Positions 25,401 through 38,851 of a DNA stretch of 64,000 nucleotides are shown piece by piece. Location: contig CM120644.1 of NCBI GenBank assembly GCA_051362555.1, positions 10,562,567 to 10,626,566 on the forward strand. Direction: 5' to 3'. The stretch comes from Lingula anatina (Eukaryota; Animalia; Brachiopoda). The notes beneath the pieces were generated by a model, which ran no database searches, had not been told where the DNA came from, and was given only the letters and a program-made list of their open reading frames with translations. Numbering within the stretch: position 1 is the first letter of the stretch; the number at the start of each line of letters is the position of its first letter. The translations under genes and the position numbers were made by a program.

Positions 25401-28400
25401 TTTGAACTAAATGCGCAACGTTTGGATAAAATATTAAAGGTACATTTGAGTTTTATTTATCAGAGAGACTTTTCTCAGAAGTACACACTTCTAAAGAAAT
25501 GCCTGCGTATTTACACAATATTCCATAATCTAACTTCCCTGGAAATGATTGCATCGCATGTGAGAATATTCCTGATCTAAAGTAGAAACTTGCTTGCACA
25601 TATTATGAGCTTCAACCGTGCCCTTTAATTTAATCTAATTGTTGTTCTAAGCATATTTACCGTCGATTTCCTTCTGCCAATTGTTCATCCATGTAGTATA
25701 GCGAGTTTTTATCGTTGATGTCTTTGTTTGTCAGATGTATTGCCCTGTTATTGATATCTTTCATAGTGTACCTGTACAAGAAATAGAATGATAAATAATT
25801 AATTAGAAACTCAGTGTCCACCCATGGACAGGGTGGACGTGGGTTTTAACCCATCCTTGGACATGTCAACCCTTTATCTGCATCTGCTGTCTCCCAGCTT
25901 GGCACTCAGCTAGGGTTAAGTACTTGGTCTGACAGTGAAAGATGGCACCAGTTTTGATGGGCATAACCCCAAACCAAATCCTAGTATATAAAAACAATCT
26001 ACATGTGCACACATTCAAAGCAAATGTGAATTTGCAAATTCAATAAACAAACCTGCTTACCACGCTTTTTTTTTTATTTTGTGTTATTTTGAGGTGAGGG
26101 GACGTAGCTAATATGGAATAAAAGAAAGGGATAAAATTTATGCACTTACTTTTCAACTGATATCCTCACAAGACCCTCGGGGTTGACATATATCCGAAGA
26201 GGGTTAATACTGGTGACATGGACATATACCCTTAAATCAATCTTGGATCCGTTAACCAACAGTGGATTGGATATATACCTGTAGGAAATACCGATAAAAT
26301 TAAAGACACTTTAAAGTTACAAATATACTCTCGATGCCTATCCTTTCTATATATTTCATATTAATCATACATTATAATTTAGTCTTAATACATGCACACA
26401 GAATGATAGTCGCAGGTCATATAATGTACGTATAAATAATATTTACAAACAACGGCACGAGAGCAAAAGAACACACTTCATCCTAATATATCGAATAACA
26501 AGAAGCTGCAACCATCAAATCACAAGCACTAAGAAGTACCGTGTATTCAGTTTCAAAAAATAAAAAAAAAATAAAAAAAAACATCAACCACTGCATAAAT
26601 TTCTATGTCCTGTTTAATTTAAAGTAGTTTGAAATAACCCTCTTACCTTTGAACAACGGTGTGTTCCTTTTTGGGAACCTTCTTCCAGTCTTGGACTACT
26701 TCAATCCCTCTTCCCCCAAACGCGCACGGCTGTATGAAGATATGAAATAATCGGTTTTACATGAAGTTACCTTCTCCAAAGTAAAGTGTCTTCTTCGCTG
26801 CTAAAACATTTAATAAACCAATACTGGAGTATGTGGATAAACCACGGAACGCCCACTTACAAACCAATTTTTTTTCTAGACGGACGCACTCATTGCCATC
26901 CTATCAAAGCATCAGCTATTTTTCGGTCAACTTACCCCGCCTACCACCATAATTTGGAACCAGATGAAACAATTTAGGAAGATCTTTATAAGGCACTGTA
27001 GACACAAACTTGGGCTGTACATTATTTACGCTATAGCTTGTCCTAATTCATACTTGTGAGCTGATATTTGTTTTTGCTCACGAATCATATTTTAAAGTTG
27101 TTTAAACAAAAGTATATTACCTCTTTGATCGGATGACTTTGTGTTCGGATAGCGGTACGACAAGAATGTCTAGGAACTGATGTCCGTTCCCCATTGCTTT
27201 GTACGGTTGACATTCGTCCCTTATACTCCGACCTACCCTATCCTGGCTAATCATATGAGACCCCGGACTTTCAATTTTAGGACTGACATTCCTGTCACAC
27301 CAGTATGTCCACCTCTGGGGAGGGGAGGGGGGGTGTAAACGTGAATTCTACCCCGTCCGTGGACAACCAGTCCCTCATATAAACTTAACAGTTACATTTT
27401 TATTCCCTTTTGGTTTGTACTCTATCACTTTATTAAGGCGAAGTAAAATAAATAATTCATTTTAAATATTCTTATTAAATATAAGACAAATATATATTTC
27501 TGTGTGTATACCAACCGGTTTCAAGAGCCAGGTCCGGTGTTTGTCGCTGCTATTCCATGCTCTCTTCAGAGCAACCTTGTCTTCTGGTAAAACAAACGTC
27601 TCTGGGAAGATCCCATAGTCTTCTTCGCCGTATTTTGCTTTGAACCTTTGAAGATTACGCCCTAGTTGATCTTTGCAACCCAAGGCCCAACTGTCTGGGA
27701 TGTGGTTGAACTGAAGAGGAAAGTGATATATGACCATTCATTGTACATCCAATTCTACTCAATGCATATGGCCTTGAGGCGCGTGCTTTTGAATTGACAT
27801 TCATCTTTGACATATAGTCATCTCAGTATTGAAAGGGCATATCTTAATTATCTATATTAACATTCAATAATAAAATAACGCTGCCGTAGGTAATGTCGCA
27901 ATCTGAGTCAACTTAAAGTTTGATGTTATGATATCCCTCTGTCACAGTTGTCTACACTCCGCATTTATAAATATAATCTACACATATAAGTTGTAGGAAG
28001 AAAGCTGAACTTTGGAAGCTATTTAGTTATTTGCAAAAATATGGAATAGATTTTCCCCACCTTTTGGTGCGGTAGGACGGACAGATAGTCCCTCGCCATG
28101 TTGATTTGATAGGGCAGACCGTAAAATACTGTGTATTCCCACACATCTTTATGTACATGTAAAACCAAAAGATTGAATTACAAGCAAATAAATAAAAACA
28201 AATATAAACAATATAAGCAAATAAAATAACATACTTCTGTAGACGTAATAATGATAACAAATGAATTAATACGTGAGACAAACCAGTCGATTGGTTTATA
28301 CATAAATGCCTAAGAAAACAAGAAATATATTGATCAATTATACAGACTGTTTTGGCATACAGTGCACACAGTTTAAATACGTAACAGAGTTTTCTGTCCA

Positions 28401-29603
28401 TGTAAAATATACCGTTGGATTACAATGTACATGTACCGTTTGAATTTTTCTACATTTTATAGCACTATAATTACACATGTAGCGGACAGTGCTATAATTG
28501 TGCATGCATTTACAGCACTCTGAAACATCCTGTGGAAGCATGGTATATTGTTCATATTAACTGCACCGGTAAAAAAATGTAACTGCGTGTTATTTTGGAA
28601 TCGTACCTTGAGTTTGGGTAAACCCAGATAAAGAAACGTAAAAGGCAATAGGTGAAGATGGGCTAGCATAATACTTTAAACGGTCTCGTATTGTTTGGGG
28701 AAGTTCCTCAACTGAAACATGGCATAAGATAATTATGTTAATTTAGTGTGACGTGTGTACATGCAAGATACACTGTACCAGTACACATATGCACATATAT
28801 ATAATTATGTACCTAGATCGATACTGTACTGAAATGCGGATCAAACTCACAACATTTTGGTGCACTAATATTCACAGATGTAAGTCATAAGAAAATCTGG
28901 CCCTCTTACAGACTACAATTCCCCTCACAAAAATATTATAACTACCGGTAATGTACCTATGAATTACGAAAAGCAAAGGATAGGGCAAAATTGTTGGCTT
29001 ATCTTACAAAAATACCCTTTACCTTTTTGATCGGGCCTAACAAAGTTAATTGTTGGCGGCACGTTTGAAAATAAACTTGGTGTTAAGGCGGGTAAAACGT
29101 TGTCCTTGACTTCAATTTCCTCTGCAATTCCTTCAGTAAAAAGTGACACTGGCTTGCCTGAAGAACAGTCGGATATCCGGGCCGATGGCCCCTGCTCTCC
29201 ATCTATGTGTAACTTGACCGGGCATTCGTTTAATGGTGCGCTATGTGTAGTCGGACTCTCACCTTTTGAGTAAAATGTCCAAACATGATTCTGTTGTCAT
29301 TGTACTATGTGTAGTAACTCCTATTTTCATGATATTAAAAATAGATTTTGACAGATTACATTGACAGAGATAATATTTTTAATTTACTAATTTTTTTTTC
29401 GAAAAATCACAAACCGGAAAGATGGGAATATGGATAACCATATTCTCTATTTAATGTTGAATATCTGGACTGGGATTTGAAATATTCTCGTCAGCAATAT
29501 CGATACAATGGTCATCAACTAACTTATTTTCCTATAACGTACCTGAAACATTTGCGCTGTTGGCTAAAAGTAGTATAACAGTAACACAAATGCAACAATC
29601 CAT
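22403..29603 (-). CDS. TTLL4-like: TTLL4-family ATP-grasp ligase paralog A, ~576 aa, with N-terminal signal-peptide-like exon. Exons: 29603-29543, 29262-29023, 28711-28607, 28146-28061, 27710-27516, 26729-26647, 26278-26150, 25771-25661, 24634-24533, 24327-24193, 24045-23935, 23403-23295, 22877-22726, 22514-22403
   Basis: All introns GT-AG and in phase; motifs SLFSNVPPTINF, FNHIP, FPETFVLP, WLLKP, KIDLRVYV, GLVR, HLTN, HELFAFDILLD..KPWVMEVNVSP, LNLAG, RRGQFERIFP match TTLL4. Confidence 0.92.
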
Positions 29604-30445
29604 GATACTTCTGGTCATCTTCACCAAGGCTGACTCCATGTTTTCAGCCTAAAGTGTGCGAGTGGTTGAATAGTACCAGAAAAAAATATAGTCGTTCAGA
29701 TATACACGCATACTAATATAACGTTGACAGGGGCGTCGGAGACCCAAACGTGTAATCAGCAAAAGATAACATGGCAATTAAGGTGAGTGGAAACAAAACG
29801 CATCTGATAAGTCTTTACTCTTGAATATATATTTGCTCTCGGCTGGATAACCGCGGTGTTGGGTTTAGGACAGATTGCTCACTTGAGTCAATTAACAACG
29901 TTAACTGACCTATTATCCAGGCCCAAAGACGGCGGCTATATTCACTGGCTATCTTTTAATTGGTTTGGAAGACAGATAAACAGCGTTAATTATTCTATTA
30001 ACAGTCACTTTATAGCACCTGTAAATCATACTACTGCATATAAACGGCACACGGGAAATGCTATCGGTATCTGTAGACATCACCCAGTCTGATAGCCTAT
30101 AATAACAATTGCGGTACATGTTTCATGATTTACATGTACGAGTCGCAGAGTTGTATAGAAAAAAAGGTGAAAGCGATTTTCGGCTGGTTTGCACGTGGAC
30201 CCGGTTGCAGGAACTGTGTATAATATTATACCACAGATAAGATGACTACCTTTGCAGTCATCCTGTATACATTCTATGATATCAAATGATATTGATCAAT
30301 AGCATCTGGAAAAAGACGTCGCCAGATCCAATGCATTGTAATTGCATTCTATTGCTTGTCGATTGTATGTTAATGCTTATTTCTACAGCTCCTCTTTTAC
30401 ATCCAATACTCTTTATTAGGGCCAGAGGCAAGTATACAGTACGTA

Positions 30446-30492
<47 letters not shown>

Positions 30493-30767
30493 TCGAGTAC
30501 GAATATTGGGGGGATTTGTGTCAACTTTTGTCAGTGCTCTTTATTTCTTTACTGCACACATTTTAGTCTTCCTCTCAATAGTAAAACCATCTAGATCATT
30601 AAAATAGTCCACGTCAAATGACCTAATTAAGTTTTCTAATGCTAACTTCATTATACATGTATCTTGTCAATCTACTTCCTTCAAGGTGTATTAAACGGCT
30701 TTGTATGCCCTTGCGTCCTTCTCGAATCACCTTGGCTCAGTTAAAATTTATATATTTAGCTGTCTAA

Positions 30768-31302
30768 TTATTACTCCGCCAAGGAGGTTAAGTTTTCACC
30801 CCTGTTTGTTTGTCTGTCTGTTTGTTTGCTTGTTTGTCATCAACATAACATATGGACCAGTTTTGATGAAATTTTCAGGGTAGGTCGGAAATGGGTTCAC
30901 TAAGAAGTGTTTAGCATTTGGTGGTGATCCGGATCAATAATCAATCAATAATCAATAATCAAAAAACAATCATCAACATAACTCAAAAAGTATTGGACCG
31001 ATTTTGATGAAATTTTCAGGGTAGGTCAGAAATGGGTAAACTTAGAAGAGTTACGTTTTTGGTGATGATACAGATCAATAATCAATCAATAATCAAAAAT
31101 CAATCATCAAAAATCAATCATCAACATAACTAAAAAAATTATGGACCGATTTTGATGAAATTTTCAGGAACTGTCAGAAGTGGGCCAAGGAAGAGATGAT
31201 TAGTTTTTGGTGGTGGTCCGGATCAATAATCAATCAATAATCAATAACAATAAAAATCGCTGCCTTGGCGGAGGTCTGCGCTCTCGGAGTTCTTTTTTAG
31301 TT
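30768..31302 (+). mobile_element. Helentron/DINE-like element with three internal tandem units
   Basis: Same termini as 12336-12563; repeated catcaacataac...gattttgatgaaattttcagg units. Confidence 0.7.
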
Positions 31303-31563
31303 ATTATTATTATTGTTATTATTATTATTATTACATTTATCCCCTTGTATAAGATAAATCCCATTTACAATACTATCAGTAACCAAATCGATTTGAATGG
31401 CATAAATGCACAGGCGAGCACAAACCAGCATTGTTATTTCTATTTCGCATTGAAACATTTAGATGCTGTTACCATGATAAAGCTGTAAAAGTGATTTAAT
31501 CCTAAATGTATATACATTGATTGTGGGATAGAGCTAATGGCAATACTATTGTCACTTGGATCG

Positions 31564-34500
31564 TTAAGGCTGAAGATGTTTTTCCTCCCGACAGTACGAC
31601 TCTAAAATTTGTATTCCCTCCTCTTCGTTTTGATCGTAGCGTTGAATCCACTGGTCGAGTAGGATATTGTAATATCTAGAAAAAATAAATTAAAAATCAC
31701 TATTTTGTGGTATCGACAACTTTGAAAAATGGAACATAAAAATGGATTCATAATTATGTTAATCAGAAGAAGCACCTACACTACACGTCAGTCATGTCAC
31801 GTGCCGCTTCCATATCCAGATGCTACTTAACATTATATCAACTACCAAGCATGATGAAAAAAAACTACTGTTGGGAATTCCATGTAATTACCTTGGCCGC
31901 TCAAAGAATTTGTGATATATCCTAGTCTCTGGTGTTGGGAATATCCTTTCGAATTGTCCTCTTCGGTTGTTGTCGTCCATTGTTTCAATCAACATTCGGA
32001 TATCATCGGGTGTGAGTGTATCCAGTATTGTAGGTAGGGTCATCTGCAATTGTGATGATAACTGTTACTGGTAATTCCATAACAAGCAAAAAATAAGGTA
32101 AGTCACAATTATACAAAAATATACAATATGTAGGCACCACTGACCTGATTCGCTTATTCAGAATTATCCATGTTAAAGCAACCATAGCTTGGACCGTAAA
32201 TATTTTCGCCAAGAAATGGCGCGCCCTTGGATTATACAGTCACACTGCAAAATACATGTGTTGTCTAAAATGAATTGAATACCATGATTAAGACGCCTCG
32301 TCACTTGCTTAAGGGTTTTATTGCAAAGAAACAATATATATATGCGAGCAAATTAACTCACCTCATCTTTGATGGTCGTGTATGTCTGATGTTTTTCCTT
32401 TTCTTCCTCAGTCAGCTGTTGTGTCCACAGTCTACGGTCCATGAGAAGGTCTTTGGGAACTGTCTCTGGGCTTATGTAAAAATGTGAAGTTGCAAAACAA
32501 TTACCTGCATGTAGACGGTAATTAGTTAAGTGAAATTTGTCAGAAGAATGACATACCATGGCGTTCTCCAACTGTTTTGCCTATAGTGCAATGCTAATCC
32601 CGTAAAAACACGTGTACAATGATCGTGCAAGTCCAATCAATTAAAACTGAGGCCCAACCGTTTGCCTCAAAACAAGTAAGGCAACGGAATGGGGTTTGCA
32701 ACGAACAGTTTGGAAATTCCATCGCATGTTTTTTAAACGTTTAATTTTCAAAGTAAATAAATAAAAACCGCAGATACCTGTACTATATAATAGTTCTAAA
32801 TAAAATGGTGCATTTACTTATATTTTTGGGGAAGTTCGACAAGATTGTTTAATTAGCCCTAAATAGCTTTCTAAAGCCGTTTGATAAAACGAAGGCTGTT
32901 ACCTGTGTTTCAGTTTTGGCAACATGTCTACAGCTGGGATCTGAATACCAGCTAGGTTTAACATAGACGTCAGCAAGGGATCCATCAACTTAACAACTAT
33001 GTTCTTATCGAACCTAAAATAATAAAATATGTATTAAGAAAGTCCGTAGAATCAACCCAGTACAAAATTCTAAAATATATGTATCGATCAAGCACGTTGG
33101 CCGCGCATTTTCATGAAAGGGTGAAGTATTATCAATTAAGCTGGGTCGTTTTGAGATGCTCATTATTTGAGAAAAATATGATAATTTTGGTCGCTGACAC
33201 CATTCTCTTTGAGTTCGGACGTACCTGAATGTACGTAATTTCTGTCTTAATTTATGTATACAAACAAAGATACTCCCTGTGGCAGTAGGCGTACAGATAT
33301 TGATTTTTAAAAAGATATAAATAAACATAATGGTATATTGAGAACGTCGTGGGCCCGTTTTAGAAAAAATGCGACTTTTTCTAGTCCAATATTTAGTATA
33401 ATTGTTACCAAATAACAACATTTTACAGGTAATTTTTCCACACGCTAAGACTCAATACAAAATGCACACATAATTTGAAAAGACAACCCCCCCCCCCCCG
33501 ACAGGGAATAAAATATTATGAAACACACATCAGGCATTTGAAAGTGTTGTTTCTACACATGTTCTTATTATGATAATGATGTTATCGCGTGCTTAGGTAC
33601 TTCAAATGTTGCAGGGTCTTATGAGTTACAACCTGTATACTTTGCTCAGCTACTAAATAAACTTAAAACGAAAGTAACGTGCGCGGGTACATTCGATATA
33701 AAGGGTGTTCTGTTATTTCCCCATGCCATTGGATCATCTTTGAAATTATGAAATGATGGAATAAGTAAAGTAGTCTAGCTCACTATATCCTAAAGTGTAT
33801 ATCACTTACCTGGGTGATACATTAACTTCCATAACCCACGGTTTCATGTCTTCATCGAGAAGAATATCAAAGGCAAATAATTCATGCACGCTGTACCGGT
33901 TCCTAATAAAGTGTTGGGTACTCCTTTGCATTGTATCCTCCCCGCTAAAATAAAGTGACAGGTACAGTGTATATATATTAGACGACAAAGATTTGTTAAC
34001 TAAATGCTAAGGTAAGAATTGTATGTATCAAAATAAGTGATGAATACAACCGAAGCGCATAAATAAGAAGACCCTATGACACGTAGTCCTTCTATCTATA
34101 ATAATAACAATGATAATAATATGTTACCTCAGAATAGTTTTGATGACAAGGTCTTTGATTCTGTCCCAAATAGGTTCGCGTTCCACTCCATGGTTCTCTT
34201 TTAAGTAGTCCCAAAACCACGTTAACGATCTAAAGTAGAAAGAAGCTTATTTTAATTTGTATCAATATTGAAAAGGACGTGTTATTAGACATGGTAATCC
34301 AATGTAACAAAATAATACATTAGAAAAATAAGGTAAACAAAGAAGATTCGACGGGCACTCCCCTGCGAAAGTACCCTGTACAAGGGGGCTTTGTGCCCCC
34401 CCCCCCCCCCAAAAAAAAAAAATGTCTGGGCTTAGCTGTCTTTCAGCTGCACGCATCAGCCTCAGGCACATCGACGCGCTCAAATATGTAACGTAACATT

Positions 34501-37500
34501 TGAGTTTAATTTCTTTGAAAGACTTTTTCCAGAAGCACACATCTATAAACATGTACCCCGAGTAATTTAAACACTGCATTCTAAACTATCCTTGAAACGC
34601 TTGTAACGAATGCTAGAATATACCGGTGCATGTACGATTCACTATAATCTACTTAAGTAGCTTACAAGGTATGACACAGTAACATATATGCCCTATTACG
34701 AACTTCAACCATGTTCTTAAATTGGGCCGTTCTAAGCATATTTACCGTCGATATCCTTCTACCATTTTTTCATCTATGTAGTATACCGAGTTCTTTGAAT
34801 TGACGTTTTCGTTTGTCAGATGTATTGCCCTGTTATTAAGATCTTTCATAGTGTACCTGTGCAACAAACAAATAAACATGTGAAAAAAGAAAGAAAGAAC
34901 GACACCGTGATCGCCTACGGACCTCGTGCATCAGGCCTTAATGGCTGTCTCCCTCTCTCTTGGCACTCTGCAGGGATAAAGTACTTGGTCTGGCAGTGAA
35001 ATATCTTACCTAGACCAAAACCTAGTATATAAAAGCAAGATACATGTACATGCATTCCCATCAAATACGAATATGCAAATTTTATTAAACAAACCTATCC
35101 GCCATGTCTTTTTGTTAAGTTTGAACTTGACACAAAAGGGTGTAAATAGCAAAAAAAAAAAAAAAAGGGATAAATACACTCACTTTTCAACCGATATCCT
35201 TACAATGCCCTCCGGGTTGACATATATTCGAAGAGGGTTAATACTGGTGACCTCGACGTACACCCTTAAATCTATCTTGGATCCGTTGACTAAGAGTGGA
35301 TTGGATATATACCTGGCGAGAATTACGTTAGAGTTAAATATATATTACAGGAACAAATATACTGGCGATTTCCATATTTTCTATATATTTAACTGTATTC
35401 ATTATACATTAAAATATAGGTATGAGGCTACTTAAGATGGCTCATGAAATGCACAAATACTAATTCCATAAGATAGGGTGTACGCTGACAAAATGTATTT
35501 GATTTTGATTCCATAAGCAATTAAGTATTCTACTTTTGACTAAAGCTTTATGTTATCAAGAATATAGGAACGGCCAGGTAACAGAATTAGAAGGAATCAG
35601 GTGTTCAACGTTTGTTTTGGTATATATATTAAAAGTAGAAGTGTTTTTCCTGTACGAGTATATATCATATATGACAAAAAGAAAAAAGAACATCAGCTAT
35701 TTTGCCCCGACCGGTTTCATTCTTTCTTCAGGGTTTTTTGTTTATTTGCTACTGCAAGTTAATACATAAATTAAATTTGAGCTAGGGAGCCATCTAACAT
35801 TTAAAAATGGCCTTACATTTAGAATTAAACACCCATTCACTTGCACTAGCTCAAATTTAATTTATGTATTAACTTGCAGTGGATGCGGTGAGAACTATAT
35901 AGGACAAACTGGAGACACTCTCCGACATAGAATGACCGTTCACAGACAACAAATAAGACAACCTAAATATCAGTGCACGTCTGTGAGTGGACACATTAGG
36001 GAATGCTCTATGAACAAAAACAAGGACTTTACGGTATTCCCATTTTATAAATTCACTAGGGAAACAACCCAAACAGAAAGGGAAACGAAAGAAAATCTAT
36101 TCATTAATAAGTATAAACCTACATTGAATAGATAATAGTATTGGTAAAAGCAACAATTAAACACCCATTGTTACAGACGTCACATTTTAACCTTTATGAC
36201 ATCACCTAGTAACAAATAAACAAAAACCCCTGAAGAAAGAATGAAACCGGTCGGGGCAAAATAGCTGATGTTCTTTTTTCTTTTTATTATATATTCCCCC
36301 CCCCCCCCCCCCGGCTTCCAACCCGAGCGTTTTCACTCTTAAATTAACACACCTAATGGTAGCTGTAGGCCCAATCATGGGTTAATATTTGCAAGCAACG
36401 ATACGAGATAGAAAGAGCACATTTCTTCCCAATATAATAAATCACTACAAACAACATAACGTCAAATCACAAGCATCAAGAGGTACTTTCTATTCATTTT
36501 CAACAATGAGCAAAACAACCATTATTGCATACATTTTTAATTACTTGTTTAAATGAAGTTGAACCTTACTTTTGAACAACGATGAGTTCCTTTTTGGGAA
36601 CCTGTTTCCAGTCCTGTACTACTGTAATCCCATTTCCCCCAAATGTGCATGGCTATATAAAGAAAAGAAATAATCCAATTAAAACAAACCATTATCTCAA
36701 ATTTAAAGCGTCTTTTTCGCCAAAAAAAAAAAACATTTGAATGAATCAACACCGCAGTATTCTCGGGGTTTCCCCCAGAACAGCCACTCCCAAAACGTGT
36801 TCCACGTTTACCGGACGGACGGACGTCTTGCTAACTTTGCAAAGCAGCAATTATCGTTTTACTTGAACCTACTTTCGTCTTCTATCTAAGCACTAATGAT
36901 AAAAGCATGTCTGCACAACACCAGTTTGAATTTCAAAATCCACATTAGCTTTCAACCAGTTGAAGCAATTTCAGAAGTACACCTTTACACGGCTGTATAC
37001 AGACCCTCATTTGGGCTATGATGAACAATACAACCATAGGCTACTGTCACAATTCATACTGATATTTGGTTTTGCTCACTTAATATATGAATTATTTTTG
37101 ATGAAAGTATCAAGCCTCCTTGATCGGATTACATTGTGATCAGATGTCCGCTTCTGGAGCGAAAAGACGTGGGCTCTACCACCCCGTTCGTGGACATACC
37201 GGTCCTTCAGACTTAAAAAGTTGCATTTTCCCCGTGTTCTTTTATCCTATCATTGTGCTAGAACCAAGTAAAATGAATGTTCAAGTTTAAACATTGGGCA
37301 GTCTATCTAAAGCAAAGATATATTCATAAATATCTATGTCTATATGTTTACAAACCGGTTTCAGGATCCAGGTCCGGTCTTTGCCACTGGCATCCCATTC
37401 TCTTTTCAGAGCATCCTCGTCTTCTGGTAAAACAAACGTCTCTGGGAAGAACCCATATTCGTCCTCGCCGTATTTTGCTTTGAACCTTTGAAGATTACGC

Positions 37501-38813
37501 CCAAGTTGATCCTTGCAACCCAAGGCCCAACTGTCTGGGATGTGGTTGAACTGAAGAGGGAATCCATATACAACCATACTTCCAATATTTTTAATGTTAA
37601 AGGTCTTTTAGGCACGTGCGTTTGAAATGAATTTCACTTTCTGAAGATACTCTTGGATTTGAAACGGATATCTTATTACTCAGACAGTTTATTTACAGTC
37701 AATAAATATAATAACACTTCCGTAATACAGCATTGAAATCTGAGTCAACTAAAGGTTCAGTGACATAACATCCATTTTATGTGGTATATAAACAGTGGCC
37801 TGCAGTTTGTCTTCATAAATAAGATCTACAACTGTTATCTACAAAAAGAAACCCGAAATACGGAAGTTATTGAGTAAACTGTAAAAAATGTCGAATAGTT
37901 GTTTTTTTCTTACCTTTTGGTACGGAAGGACCGACAGATAGTCCCTCGCATTGTTGATTTGATAGGGTAGACCGTAAAATATTGTATATTCGTACACATC
38001 TAAAACCAAAGGGTTAAAATACAGGCAAATAAAACATTAAGTAAAATAGATAAAATCGGTAGTAATTGAATAAATTATAAAGTCGCTTGAGAGATACACA
38101 ATTGTTATTACAAAGATGTACATGTATTAGTATTAGCAATACTACAATTAAAAAGACAATGTTTATAACAGATAGGTCAAAACACATTGGGTAAATAAAC
38201 TTATAAAAATAATTAACAAAACATACAACTCATTTTCAATTAGCAATTGGCAACTTAAACATAAAAATACATTTCATTTATGAAAGCTGTAACGCTTGAC
38301 TGTAGATCTCTCTAAACATATCCTAAATAAACCGTGAGCAGATTGCTGTTACAAGGAAACAGTCTTTTCTGTGCTGTGAAAATACTGCAACAATGAATGC
38401 AGAGCATTTGCATAAGAACTATCTGCTTGCCATTGAACAGTGTCTAATCAAATGAATTGACGTAAAGTGATATCGCACTTTGAGTTGGGGTGAATCCAGA
38501 CAGAGAGGCGTACGTTGTAACAGGTGAAGATGGGCTAGCATAATACTTCAAACGCTCTCGTATTGTTTGGGGAAGTTTCTCCACTGAAACATAAGACACA
38601 GATGATAATGTTAACTTAGTGTGACGGTTATTCATGCAGAGTATGTGCAGTTTTTCTTTTTTCTTTGTCTCACGTACTGAGGTCAAAATTCTACTAAAAT
38701 TCGGAACAATCTCTCGATATTTGGGTTCACTGCTATTCATACATGTAAAACCGATCTCACGCTTGCTTAAAATTTCACCGAAAGAATTCAACAAAAGCAT
38801 TTTTCCCCTTGCA

Positions 38814-38851
<38 letters not shown>

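Noticed and set aside
29604-29639. Upstream ATGs (MESALVKM) as the start of paralog A
   Set aside because: Not conserved in paralog B, which has an in-frame stop there; not excluded for A alone
30838-31250. Regularly spaced repeats resembling a CRISPR array
   Set aside because: Spacers are homologous; this is an internal tandem repeat of a Helentron-like element in eukaryotic DNA
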